From Escherichia phage sortregn, in the sequence record MN850588.1: DNA of 38,200 nucleotides. One strand, 5' to 3'. Positions 7,991-16,258 of this stretch are shown here, piece by piece. Each line of letters opens with the position of its first letter. The stretch's first letter is position 1. Both the position numbers and the translations under genes were made by a program. A model generated the notes under the pieces. It ran no database searches. It worked only from the letters and a program-made list of their open reading frames with translations, and was not told where the DNA came from.

Positions 7991-8788
7991 ATGGGGAATT
8001 TTTGGACCTACCACGAGAACACCCAGCGCGGCGGGATCGAACTGGGCCGAGTAATCGACCCGGCGAAAGCCTCGCGCCCGGTGATCTACCTAGAATCAGA
8101 TCCGCCAGGTCTGGACGCGGCGAAGGTTTCCGCCTTCATGCCGTACTACGTTTACACTCCGATGTCCTTCACTCAGGACTTGCCGGGAGTGGCTGGTGGC
8201 GATGCCGCCGCGACCTTCGTCCCTGGGGGGAGCACGTTCTCCGCGACGGTCGAAGTCGCCGGAGGTCAAGCGCCGTTTACTTATCAGTGGTACAAGTTTA
8301 GCGGCGGAGTCGGAACGGCGATCACGCTGGCGCAGAACGCCACGGCCCAGTCGAAGGTATTCCAGATCACCAACTACACCGCAGCGGCTCAACCCGGATC
8401 CGGTAACGGTGATTGGTATGTTGTCGTAACCGACGCGACCGGGGCCACGCTCCAGTCTCAGCGCATCCGCACGAAACAGGCGATCGCCTACTCCGTCAAC
8501 CTACCGACGACCGACACCTGGACCGTCGGGACCGCCGACGCCTTAACCGTCACCGTGAACGCGGCTACGGGCCTTGCGCCGTATACTCATGAATGGTTTA
8601 AGGATGGCGTTTCTCAGGGGCCGGGGACGTCGAGCGGGACGGGGAACGCGACCTCCACGCTATCGAAGGCAAGCCCGGCAGCGGGCGACGCTGGCGTGTA
8701 TTATTGCATTTCCACCAGCGCCAACACGAACCCGCCGAAAACCATCCAGAGCATTTCTTGCACTGTAACCGTTAACCCGGCAGCATAA
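7991..8788 (+). CDS. Ig-like domain protein (two Ig-like repeats)
   Basis: ORF 7952..8788, start moved to ATG 7991 after AGAGAGGA; repeats FTYQWYKF...DWYVVVTD and YTHEWFKDG...GVYYCIS resemble Ig I-set strands. Confidence 0.6.
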   Translation: MGNFWTYHENTQRGGIELGRVIDPAKASRPVIYLESDPPGLDAAKVSAFMPYYVYTPMSFTQDLPGVAGGDAAATFVPGGSTFSATVEVAGGQAPFTYQWYKFSGGVGTAITLAQNATAQSKVFQITNYTAAAQPGSGNGDWYVVVTDATGATLQSQRIRTKQAIAYSVNLPTTDTWTVGTADALTVTVNAATGLAPYTHEWFKDGVSQGPGTSSGTGNATSTLSKASPAAGDAGVYYCISTSANTNPPKTIQSISCTVTVNPAA

Positions 8789-8798
8789 GGAGCCGACT

Positions 8799-9011
8799 AT
8801 GTTTTATCACTCGCAGGACCTACCGGAGCGCGGCGGCGTTCTACTGACGAAGATCGCGGATCCTGGTTCGGCCCAGGTACAAGCGCGGGATCTGGTCTGG
8901 CTGGATGCTGACCCGACGGGCGGATCGTGGGAGCCACTCCCGGCAGTGTTCGACAAGGTGGACGCCTCCGGGCTGGAGAATCACCTCTCCTACTTCATCC
9001 CATACGCATAA
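8799..9011 (+). CDS. hypothetical protein
   Basis: 70 aa ORF with AGGAG SD, same operon as Ig-like gene. Confidence 0.45.
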   Translation: MFYHSQDLPERGGVLLTKIADPGSAQVQARDLVWLDADPTGGSWEPLPAVFDKVDASGLENHLSYFIPYA

Positions 9012-9040
9012 AAAAGGGGGCCAATCGGCCCCCTGTTTAC
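9010..9040. terminator. bidirectional terminator between convergent genes
   Basis: A6, GGGGGCC-AATC-GGCCCCC hairpin, then TGTTTAC. Confidence 0.65.
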
Positions 9041-9558
9041 TGCTGACGCTCCACGGCGTCGTAATTCACTTCGCAGACCTCCCCGGCGGTGATCGCCTTC
9101 TCCGCTATATCAGCATACCGTCGAGCAGCTTCTCCAGTCCCTCGGAGCAAGTCGGAATACATTCGGGCGGTCTTTTCCCCTGACGCCCTTCCGAGGGCAG
9201 CGGTCTGATCAGCGGCTTCGCGTCTGGCGTTCTCTTTGGCGGCTCGTTCGAGCAACCGATCAAGGGCAGCACCAGCAGCAGCAGAAGCGGCGCGAGCTTT
9301 TGCGGCCTGTTCGTTCGCATATTTTACGGACTCCTCGCGGGCAATGGCCCGGCCTTGTTCAATGATACGGGCGGCGGCTTGTGCGTTCGCTTCCTGGGTG
9401 GATTCCTTCGCGATCCGAGCATTGTCGCGAGCGGTCCAGCCCCGGTCCGTCCAGGCCGAGCCAGCCCAGAAAGATCCCCCCAGCGCCAGCAGCACGACAA
9501 CGACGAGCAGCAGCGATCGCCAGTGAGTCGAAAGGAACACGCGGAGGGCGGCGATCAT
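9037..9558 (-). CDS. Rz-like i-spanin
   Basis: N-terminal TM segment LLLVVVVLLALGG, coiled-coil rich; start overlaps endolysin stop (ATGA); embedded lipoprotein ORF. Confidence 0.6.
   Translation of the reverse strand: MIAALRVFLSTHWRSLLLVVVVLLALGGSFWAGSAWTDRGWTARDNARIAKESTQEANAQAAARIIEQGRAIAREESVKYANEQAAKARAASAAAGAALDRLLERAAKENARREAADQTAALGRASGEKTARMYSDLLRGTGEAARRYADIAEKAITAGEVCEVNYDAVERQQ
9105..9320 (-). CDS. Rz1-like o-spanin lipoprotein, embedded out of frame within Rz
   Basis: Signal peptide with lipobox LIGC, proline-rich mature part, fully nested in Rz gene. Confidence 0.55.
   Translation of the reverse strand: MRTNRPQKLAPLLLLLVLPLIGCSNEPPKRTPDAKPLIRPLPSEGRQGKRPPECIPTCSEGLEKLLDGMLI
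9473..9483 (-). repeat. CTGGGGGGATC 11-mer copy (sense strand of Rz gene)
   Basis: Exact match on minus strand; frame-checked against Rz residues L26-G-G-S29. Confidence 0.85.
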
Positions 9559-10034
9559 TCGTCTGCAACCTTACCGCCAGCGGCGCGGAAGTAGCCCAGG
9601 AAGTCCTCGAAAGTCTCCGTTCGCTGACCGTATGGGGAGCCAGGCAGGGAGGCCCAGATGGTCCGGCATTTCTTCACGGCGTCCTTGATCCGGCCCGCGT
9701 CGATGTCGTCCAGCGCTTTACGCTCGCTGATCTGCTGGAGGGCGATCTGGTCCTGTGATGCCGGAGAGAAGTCCGGGAGTCCAAGCTGTTTTTTGTACAC
9801 GTCATAATAGCGGCTTAACAACTGGTAGCGCCCGGCGGCGGTTGAATTGATCCCCAGCTTCGGCAGCTTTACGAGGCGGTTCGGATGCTTCGAGTAGTCG
9901 CTGAACAGGGAGCCGCCCACGATCACGTCGTAGCCGTGATTGCGCGTCTGCTGGCGTCCGTTGTCTGTTCCCTCGCCTACCGCGATCGCGTCCAGGAATG
10001 CCTTACGCTGGGGCGTGACTTCAAATTTTGCCAT
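9555..10034 (-). CDS. endolysin, phage lambda R-like lytic transglycosylase
   Basis: 159 aa; QRKAFLDAIAVGEGTDNGRQQTRNHGYDVIVGG and GRYQLLSRYYD closely resemble lambda R. Confidence 0.9.
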   Translation of the reverse strand: MAKFEVTPQRKAFLDAIAVGEGTDNGRQQTRNHGYDVIVGGSLFSDYSKHPNRLVKLPKLGINSTAAGRYQLLSRYYDVYKKQLGLPDFSPASQDQIALQQISERKALDDIDAGRIKDAVKKCRTIWASLPGSPYGQRTETFEDFLGYFRAAGGKVADE

Positions 10035-10374
10035 CGGTCTGATCCTCGTGGTTAGTGTGCGCCGGAGTAGCGCGGATTTTTTTCAGGAATGGGATCTTTT
10101 CGCTGGCCCAGTCGAGCGCCGTCTCTACGCCCACGTAGCCCAGGAACACCGAAGCCAGATAGCCCCAGGTGCCATGATCGACCCCGAAGAATGATAAAAT
10201 ATTATTCATACCGAAAGCGACAGCAGCGCAGATCGCCCCGCCGCTGACAATATCGCGGAACGGGTGGCGCAATTGCCAGTGACGGAACACAGCCACCGAT
10301 GCCGCGATGAACGAATAACCTAACTCAACGCGGTATAGCTGGAACAATTGCCATAGCGTCGTATGCTCAGACAT
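10021..10374 (-). CDS. holin, lambda S-like
   Basis: ORF 10021..10440 (TTG) with start moved to ATG 10374; TM helices and ASVFLGYVGVE resemble lambda S; overlaps endolysin start. Confidence 0.7.
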   Translation of the reverse strand: MSEHTTLWQLFQLYRVELGYSFIAASVAVFRHWQLRHPFRDIVSGGAICAAVAFGMNNILSFFGVDHGTWGYLASVFLGYVGVETALDWASEKIPFLKKIRATPAHTNHEDQTDGKI

Positions 10375-10472
10375 TGGAGGGATCCCTTTTAACAAGTGAG
10401 TGAACGCTAAAAGGGTAGCATGTGGAATCAAGGGCCGCAAAGCCCCTTTTCAGATGAAAGGTTAAGTAATTG

Positions 10473-10784
10473 TTATTTGCCGGAAAGAAGGCGCAAGGCG
10501 TCCATAGGAGACTCCGCCCCGGCTAACTGTTTAGCGAAGCCCTCCGCCGCCTGGCGCAGCTTGTCCACGTCCTCGAAGCCGCGATCGCGAGCCGCTTCCG
10601 CTTCGGTGTAGGCCGCTTCCCCGTCCATCGCCTGATCGTCCGGGTGGAACACCAGGTTAAACGACAATTCCGCGCCCTGGATCTCAGTGACCAGGCAGAT
10701 CGCCGGATTGTCGTCCGAGTCCTCGCCTTTGCGGACCAGAACCTGGCGATCGTGTGCTTCAAATAAGTGTGCGAAACGTTCCAT
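10473..10784 (-). CDS. hypothetical acidic protein
   Basis: ORF 10473..10889 with start moved to ATG 10784 after AAGAGG. Confidence 0.45.
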   Translation of the reverse strand: MERFAHLFEAHDRQVLVRKGEDSDDNPAICLVTEIQGAELSFNLVFHPDDQAMDGEAAYTEAEAARDRGFEDVDKLRQAAEGFAKQLAGAESPMDALRLLSGK

Positions 10785-10789
10785 AATAT

Positions 10790-11026
10790 TTACCTCTTGC
10801 CTTTGACCTGGAGCCGCTGACGACGGCCCCGCGTTTTGTTGTTGTACTCCTCGTGGGACAGTAGATCCCACGTTTCCCCCTCGTCCCACGTCACGAGCCG
10901 CCAGCTATAGCCCACGTTGAACGCTAACACCTTGCCGAAACCCCGGAGGCGCTTCGGTGACAACTCCCGCGCATAGTACCGCGCCAGAATGTCGTCGGCC
11001 TTCCGCTGGACCTTCTCCGGGATCAT
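10790..11026 (-). CDS. hypothetical basic protein
   Basis: 78 aa ORF, ATG start, overlaps next gene. Confidence 0.45.
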   Translation of the reverse strand: MIPEKVQRKADDILARYYARELSPKRLRGFGKVLAFNVGYSWRLVTWDEGETWDLLSHEEYNNKTRGRRQRLQVKGKR

Positions 11027-11400
11027 CCCGCAGGACCGGACAGGACAGCCAGCGCGAGGCGGGCGTGTTTGATCCGGCCTTCCAGAAATTCCCGCATCTC
11101 CTCGATCGCAGCCTCAGCCGTGACCGCTTCGAACTCGTCGCGATGGTTCCCGCGAGGGCCTTCCGGCAGCGAATAACAAGCCGTGTAACGCGTGATGCTA
11201 CGGCAGACGATCGAGACTGGTCCGCATGTGAGAATGTACCCGAACCCGCCGCCCAGCTTCTCCTCGCGCTCGTATGTCTGAACGCGGATCGGCATGGACT
11301 GGACGCTGGACTGGTGGCGAATGAGCGAGGCCACGCGCTCCGCGTCCTGCTGTGCGTCGGAGGCAGTGGGCCAGCGTGTTACTACTGTTACTTTCGACAT
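11023..11400 (-). CDS. hypothetical protein
   Basis: 125 aa ORF, AGGAG SD upstream. Confidence 0.45.
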   Translation of the reverse strand: MSKVTVVTRWPTASDAQQDAERVASLIRHQSSVQSMPIRVQTYEREEKLGGGFGYILTCGPVSIVCRSITRYTACYSLPEGPRGNHRDEFEAVTAEAAIEEMREFLEGRIKHARLALAVLSGPAG

Positions 11401-11441
11401 CTTCGACTCCTGGGTGGATGGCCCCCGAAGGGGCCGGGTGA

Positions 11442-11693
11442 TTAATAATATTCGTCGGCGCGGATCTTGTTACGATGGATAATGCGACGTGCTTCGAGTT
11501 CGCCGCGTGTGGTGTACTCGTCCACGTACTCCTCGATCTCCGGCTCCTCGCCTGTGAGTTCCGGCGCTTTCCATGAGAGATAACGCTTAACTGTGCCAGT
11601 TTTAACGAACGCCGGGAGCAGGTTTTTAAAGTTACGTGACCAGTGACGCCCGCGCTCTTGATCGCCTTTTACCATGATTGTTAAGTTTGCCAT
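11442..11693 (-). CDS. hypothetical protein
   Basis: 83 aa ORF. Confidence 0.45.
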   Translation of the reverse strand: MANLTIMVKGDQERGRHWSRNFKNLLPAFVKTGTVKRYLSWKAPELTGEEPEIEEYVDEYTTRGELEARRIIHRNKIRADEYY

Positions 11694-11766
11694 CGTTATC
11701 TCTCCGGTAGTGGGCGACCCATTGCCGCCCGGTGAAAGAACTATAACAACATTTGATAAATCGCTT

Positions 11767-12420
11767 TTAGCAATTCGTGCTATTCGGATAAAGATACTCG
11801 CTCAACCGGGCCACCAGCGGCTCGTCTGGACCGAACTCAAACAGCCCGCCGTCGTTCTTGATCGAGTGGTGGATCTCCGCCAGTAACGTCTCCGCCCGCT
11901 GGAGCCTGGACGCCGCCGCGTTATCATGCCCGATCAGCTTCGTGATCTCCTCCTCCAGATCAGCGCCGAGCGCCGACGTCGCCCAGTGTTCGGCATACTC
12001 GCGATCCTTCAACAACCGGATCAGGGCCAACACGTCCGACTCGATACCGACAGTCGGGCCAGGCTGGAGCCGTGGCTGGATCTCGTCGAGCGTCTGCTGG
12101 GTAGCGTTCAACGTCCGGCGGATCTTGTCCTGTTCGGCCTTGCTCAGGTCCAGGATCAGCGGCGAAGCCGGGAGGCCATTTAACCAGGCGATCAGGTCGT
12201 CGTAAGGCATGACGGAATAAGCCTTCTCCGACGCGTACCCGGTGATCCGCCAGTCAGTGGTCGAACTGTACGCCTCGGAAATATCATCCTCCCGCAATTC
12301 GCGATAGACGATCTCAGCGCGACCGTTGTCGATCTTGCTCAGGCTCTCGATCAGCGTCTCCGGGATGTGGATCACTTCTTCGCCATTCTTAACGGCGGTT
12401 ACTGCGACATATCTGATCAT
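11767..12420 (-). CDS. hypothetical protein
   Basis: ORF 11767..12447 with start moved to ATG 12420 (GAGGAAAGAGAG upstream, ATGA overlap with upstream gene). Confidence 0.5.
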   Translation of the reverse strand: MIRYVAVTAVKNGEEVIHIPETLIESLSKIDNGRAEIVYRELREDDISEAYSSTTDWRITGYASEKAYSVMPYDDLIAWLNGLPASPLILDLSKAEQDKIRRTLNATQQTLDEIQPRLQPGPTVGIESDVLALIRLLKDREYAEHWATSALGADLEEEITKLIGHDNAAASRLQRAETLLAEIHHSIKNDGGLFEFGPDEPLVARLSEYLYPNSTNC

Positions 12421-12851
12421 CTCTCTTTCCTCATGGCTTGTTTGCATTGTAAAGCGGCGAGGGCCATCTCCGGGCCAATCTCGACGCCTGGGGGGAACCC
12501 TGTTTCCGTGGTCGCCAGCTTCGAACGATCCACCTTAAGGTCCCGTAATTGTCCGGCCCGTTCCATTTGTCCGGCGTGTCGGCAGAGATCCAGCAGCTTC
12601 TTACGATCGACGCCGGGGCAGTCCCAGAACGCCGCGAATATTTGCTCCGATGGTCGCAGGGCGCAAAAAGCATTGCGCGTTTCAACCGTCGGCAGATAAG
12701 GATCCATTCTCCCCTGTTCTATCGCCTCAATGATCGAGGGATCGGTGGAGCGGATCTTCTCCAGAATCTCCAGGCGGCGCTCCATTGCCGTCTTGCGTTT
12801 AACCGTGGCCCGAAGTGGGGCGGCAGGTTTTGAATCATCAAACAGTGACAT
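12417..12851 (-). CDS. hypothetical protein, first gene of leftward operon
   Basis: ORF 12417..12977 with start moved to ATG 12851 after GGAGGG. Confidence 0.5.
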   Translation of the reverse strand: MSLFDDSKPAAPLRATVKRKTAMERRLEILEKIRSTDPSIIEAIEQGRMDPYLPTVETRNAFCALRPSEQIFAAFWDCPGVDRKKLLDLCRHAGQMERAGQLRDLKVDRSKLATTETGFPPGVEIGPEMALAALQCKQAMRKER

Positions 12852-12991
12852 ATTGCCCTCCGTTGTGTGGAAATCAATATTACATAACGTTACCATGATG
12901 TAAAGCCCAACCGTGATAATAATTGACTTTACAGTGGTAACAAGGGCGGGTAACATTGCGACCAGTAACGCAACCATGAGGTGATTAAACA
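12852..12991. promoter_or_regulatory. divergent promoter/operator region with GGTAAC repeats
   Basis: 140-bp intergenic region between divergent operons; GGTAAC at 12936-41 and 12949-54, AGTAAC at 12964-69, GTTACC at 12888-93; sigma70-like hexamers TTGACT 12923-28 and GATAAT 12914-19. Confidence 0.45.
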
Positions 12992-14656
12992 GTGATTGAC
13001 TACGACGACGACAACCAGCCAGATCGCAGCGAGCAGGAGATCAGGGAGATGATCCGCCCAGAGCCGACGCCTCTCGAACCCGTCCCGGACTGGATGGGCC
13101 AGACCCCGGAGCCGACGGACGAGGAGGTGGCCCGGCAGATGGCGATCGAGGCTGAACGCGAAGCGGCAGAGCTGGAGTATTACCGATTCAACGACGACAA
13201 CCCGGACGATCACGCCTACGAGGTCGCGGTGAAGGATAACGAGGTGACGCTGGTCAAGCGCTCCGAAATGACCGAGGAGGAGCGGGCGGAGGCTTACCTG
13301 GCGAAGCAGCGCGAGAAGGACCGCAAGGCGATCGCCGACCTGCTGGCAGACGAGCCGGACCCCCTGCTGGAGGAACTGAACAAGGGCAACGAGATCAAGC
13401 CCGTTAATTACGTGATCCAGAACCTGATCCCGGAGCGCTCCGTGGGCTTCCTGGTCGGCGAGTCCGGCGCTAAGAAAACCTTTGCGGCCCTCCATATGGC
13501 CCTGTGCGTGGCGCGTGGCGTTCACTTCGGCGGCTTGCCAGTACGACAGGGATCCGTGATGTACTTCGCGCCGGAGGATGCGAACGGCGTCCGTGAGCGT
13601 TACGCGGGCTGGAAGTACACTCAGAACAAGAACGAGAACTTGCCTAATTTTTGGGTACTGGGCCAACAGGTCCCACTCCACCGCGAGGATCTTCTCCGCA
13701 AGTTCGGCGCGAGGATCAAGGACTCCGCATTTTTCCAGGCGAACCCCCTCTCCCTGATCGTGATCGATACCTACAGCGCCAACTCCGCCGGGCAGAAGGT
13801 CGGACAGACGCCAGTCAAGAAGGACGGGAAGATCGCGGAATGGGTAGGCGGGCGCGACTTCGACGAGAACGACAATAACGTGGCGGCGATCCTCATGAAG
13901 AACGCGGCAGACCTGGCGGACATGCTGGAGTGTGCCGTGATGATCATCCACCACACCGGGAAGGACACGGAGCGCGGCGGGCGCGGCGCGTCGGCTCTCA
14001 AGGCTAACGCAGGTTTTGAGGTCCTCGTGAAGAAATGCGCGAAGGACCGGGAGCTTTTCATCATTGAGCACTCGAAGGCGAAAGGCTGTGCGCTGTTACC
14101 GCCGCGAGCCATGCGCACGAAGGCGGCGAAACTCCCGCCGGACCTGGTGAAGATGAAGCGCGACGCGCTGGCCCGCATGACCGGACTCGACAACGAGGCG
14201 AAGAACAACCCGGCAGCGTGGGAGATCGGCGACAACCTGGGGACGCTGGTCGTCGTGAACAAGGTCGAGCCAGTCCCGACCGATAAGGCCGAGGAGAAGG
14301 ACGCGGGCGAGGAGAAAGGTCGCACCAAGCAGGAGGAACACGCGCTCCAGCTTTTGGCCTACGTGGTCGAGTACAACCACGATCGCGCCAGCAAGAACTA
14401 CAGGACGCCGAAACTCACAAAGGCGGCGCTCCGTGAGTGGGCGAAGAACTTCGCGGACCCGTCGCTGGATAAGCATCAATTCGCCCGCGCGTTCAAGTAC
14501 GCCACCGAAAAAGCGATGGTGATCAAAATGGCCGGGGATCAGACGCTAACCGCATCAACGGAAGCGCCCGCACTCCTGGGAGGGATCCGCGAACAGCAGC
14601 CACGATCCACGGACTGGAAACCAACCTCCGGCGGAGGTGATCTTGATGACTTTTGA
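12992..14656 (+). CDS. RecA-like replicative ATPase/helicase (AAA_25-type, RepA/DnaB-like)
   Basis: 554 aa; Walker A GESGAKKT, Walker B IVIDTYS, IIHHTGK motif; GTG start with GAGGTGA SD. Confidence 0.65.
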   Translation: MIDYDDDNQPDRSEQEIREMIRPEPTPLEPVPDWMGQTPEPTDEEVARQMAIEAEREAAELEYYRFNDDNPDDHAYEVAVKDNEVTLVKRSEMTEEERAEAYLAKQREKDRKAIADLLADEPDPLLEELNKGNEIKPVNYVIQNLIPERSVGFLVGESGAKKTFAALHMALCVARGVHFGGLPVRQGSVMYFAPEDANGVRERYAGWKYTQNKNENLPNFWVLGQQVPLHREDLLRKFGARIKDSAFFQANPLSLIVIDTYSANSAGQKVGQTPVKKDGKIAEWVGGRDFDENDNNVAAILMKNAADLADMLECAVMIIHHTGKDTERGGRGASALKANAGFEVLVKKCAKDRELFIIEHSKAKGCALLPPRAMRTKAAKLPPDLVKMKRDALARMTGLDNEAKNNPAAWEIGDNLGTLVVVNKVEPVPTDKAEEKDAGEEKGRTKQEEHALQLLAYVVEYNHDRASKNYRTPKLTKAALREWAKNFADPSLDKHQFARAFKYATEKAMVIKMAGDQTLTASTEAPALLGGIREQQPRSTDWKPTSGGGDLDDF

Positions 14657-14911
14657 CCGGGGCGTGTGTTGGTAACGAGTAACACCCCCCCTTATAGGGG
14701 GGGATGTAACGTGTTACCGCAACCCACAAGGCCGAAAACATAGTTTTTTATGTGTACTGTTACCGACAAGCGACCGTAATCAAATCAATCATTTATGTGT
14801 GATTCGGTAACGGGGAAAGTAGCGAATCGGTCGCGGGGAAATCGGGGGGTAAAAATCGGGGGTGACCCCCGACAAAATCCCCGCCAAATAATCATTGATA
14901 AGTGATGCGAA
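14657..14911. promoter_or_regulatory. repeat-rich non-coding region, candidate replication origin/regulatory region
   Basis: 255 bp non-coding after replicative ATPase gene: C7-TTATA-G7 hairpin 14685-14703, six (G/A/T)GTAAC sites, TTATGTGT twice, three AAATCGGGG-like repeats, GGGGG-TGA-CCCCC palindrome. Confidence 0.4.
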
Positions 14912-15100
14912 ATGAGCGACGATAACAACGTTATTTTATTCCCCAGACGGACACCGATCGGAGAGGTTCAACCAGTACGATCGAACGTCTGGATCGAGCG
15001 CTTCGGAATGTGGAATTACTTCCTGATGGTAGCGACAACCATCGGCGCGATCGTGGTCGGACTGGCGGCGATCGTGTTTAACATGCTGGGCCTGATGTGA
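14912..15100 (+). CDS. small membrane protein
   Basis: 62 aa ORF with one C-terminal hydrophobic helix. Confidence 0.4.
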   Translation: MSDDNNVILFPRRTPIGEVQPVRSNVWIERFGMWNYFLMVATTIGAIVVGLAAIVFNMLGLM

Positions 15101-15328
15101 GGCCCGTCACGACGACGAGGAAACGAGGAGATGATGATGAATGACGAACACGGCAAGAAATCCAACGTAGCGGACGTCTCGCATATGTATGTAGGCCCGA
15201 ACCAACGCGCCTCACTGCTGGAGAAGGCGTTCGAGATGTTCAGAGCGGCGGCGTCGTGATCCTGGACTCGTCCGTGGTCGAATGGTCCGAAGTGGAGGCA
15301 TACCGCCCGGCAAAGTGAGGGCCGGGAC

Positions 15329-15339
15329 CTGGGGGGATC
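15329..15339 (+). repeat. CTGGGGGGATC 11-mer copy
   Basis: Exact match, third reading frame relative to codons (T-W-G-D-R in track ORF). Confidence 0.8.
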
Positions 15340-15425
15340 GCCAGGCGGAGCGGCCTCCCTACTACGTGCAGATCAATAACCGCGTAGTGACCCCGGCGGA
15401 GTTCCACCGCCAGAAGCAGGAATTT

Positions 15426-15554
15426 ATGAGGGGCGCGGTGATTGTAGTCCCACCGGACGAACCAACGTTCCCGATCGGCGAGATATGTCGCGGGATCCTG
15501 ATGATGTTCGGGCTATTCGCCCTGCTGTGGTTCGTGCTTACCTTCTTAAGATAA
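15426..15554 (+). CDS. possible small membrane protein (42 aa)
   Basis: Internal ATG of ORF 15282..15554 preceded by AGGA; hydrophobic C-terminus; start uncertain. Confidence 0.3.
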   Translation: MRGAVIVVPPDEPTFPIGEICRGILMMFGLFALLWFVLTFLR

Positions 15555-15619
15555 CGCTTGCATGATGTACGCCCCGGCGATATGCTGGGGCCGTTTCCAC
15601 CCACGAGAGAGATCGAACA

Positions 15620-16258
15620 ATGTCAATATTCACTTTCATTAATCGCAAACTGGGCCGTTTCAAGACGTGCCGGACCTGCAAGGATAAGCACCCTTGCGGC
15701 TTCGGGGAATGGCCTTCGATGTTCTTCATGTGCGACAAGTGCCAGAACAAGACGCTGGAGGAGCTATTCGAACCGGGACGCCTTAACCGCCTGACGATGG
15801 TCCACCAGACGGAGGAACAGATGGCAGAGTCCCGCCGCCGTCTGGGGCCGTTGATCGACAGCCTGGTGAGCCAGCAGCGCCAGAGCAAACAAACCGCAGC
15901 CCAGACCCAGGCAGCGAAGGCCGCGCAGTATCGCGACCCGCGATCGGTGGCAATGGCCCGCCAGATGGCGCACGACCCACGCCCGGCGGCTCGTGGTACG
16001 CAGCAGGATCCGATCTCGGACCCGATGCACCTCCTCAACCCGTTAAACCCGCTCTCCCCAGTGTCTCCGCTCAACCCGCTGAACGACTGGGACGACAGCA
16101 GCCACCGCCACCACGTCGCGCCAGCCATGAGCGAGCCGACGGAATGCCACACCACCAGCCACTCCTCCGGCTATGAGTCCAGCAGCAGCGACTACAGCAG
16201 CAGCAGCTACGACAGCGGGAGCGACTCCTCCAGCTACTCGTCCGGGGGCTGTGACTGA
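15620..16258 (+). CDS. zinc-ribbon protein with Pro/Leu repeats and Ser/Tyr/Asp-rich C-terminal tail
   Basis: CRTCKDK...CDKCQNK four-cysteine ribbon; LNPLNPLSPVSPLNPLN; tail SSSSDYSSSSYDSGSDSSSYSS encoded by short AGC repeats. Confidence 0.55.
   Translation: MSIFTFINRKLGRFKTCRTCKDKHPCGFGEWPSMFFMCDKCQNKTLEELFEPGRLNRLTMVHQTEEQMAESRRRLGPLIDSLVSQQRQSKQTAAQTQAAKAAQYRDPRSVAMARQMAHDPRPAARGTQQDPISDPMHLLNPLNPLSPVSPLNPLNDWDDSSHRHHVAPAMSEPTECHTTSHSSGYESSSSDYSSSSYDSGSDSSSYSSGGCD

Noticed and set aside
7952-8788. Ig-like protein as variable target of a diversity-generating retroelement
   Set aside because: No reverse transcriptase gene and no template/variable repeat pair seen in the window
12929-14071. 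380-aa minus-strand ORF
   Set aside because: Antisense to the Walker A/B-containing replicative ATPase gene; no motifs, Leu/Arg-rich
14685-14703. C7/G7 hairpin as a rho-independent terminator
   Set aside because: No U-tract on either side; more likely a structural or protein-binding element of the origin-like region
15131-15259. 42-aa ORF with GAGGAG SD
   Set aside because: Plausible but too short and featureless to call; below ORF-track cutoff and not verifiable without expression data
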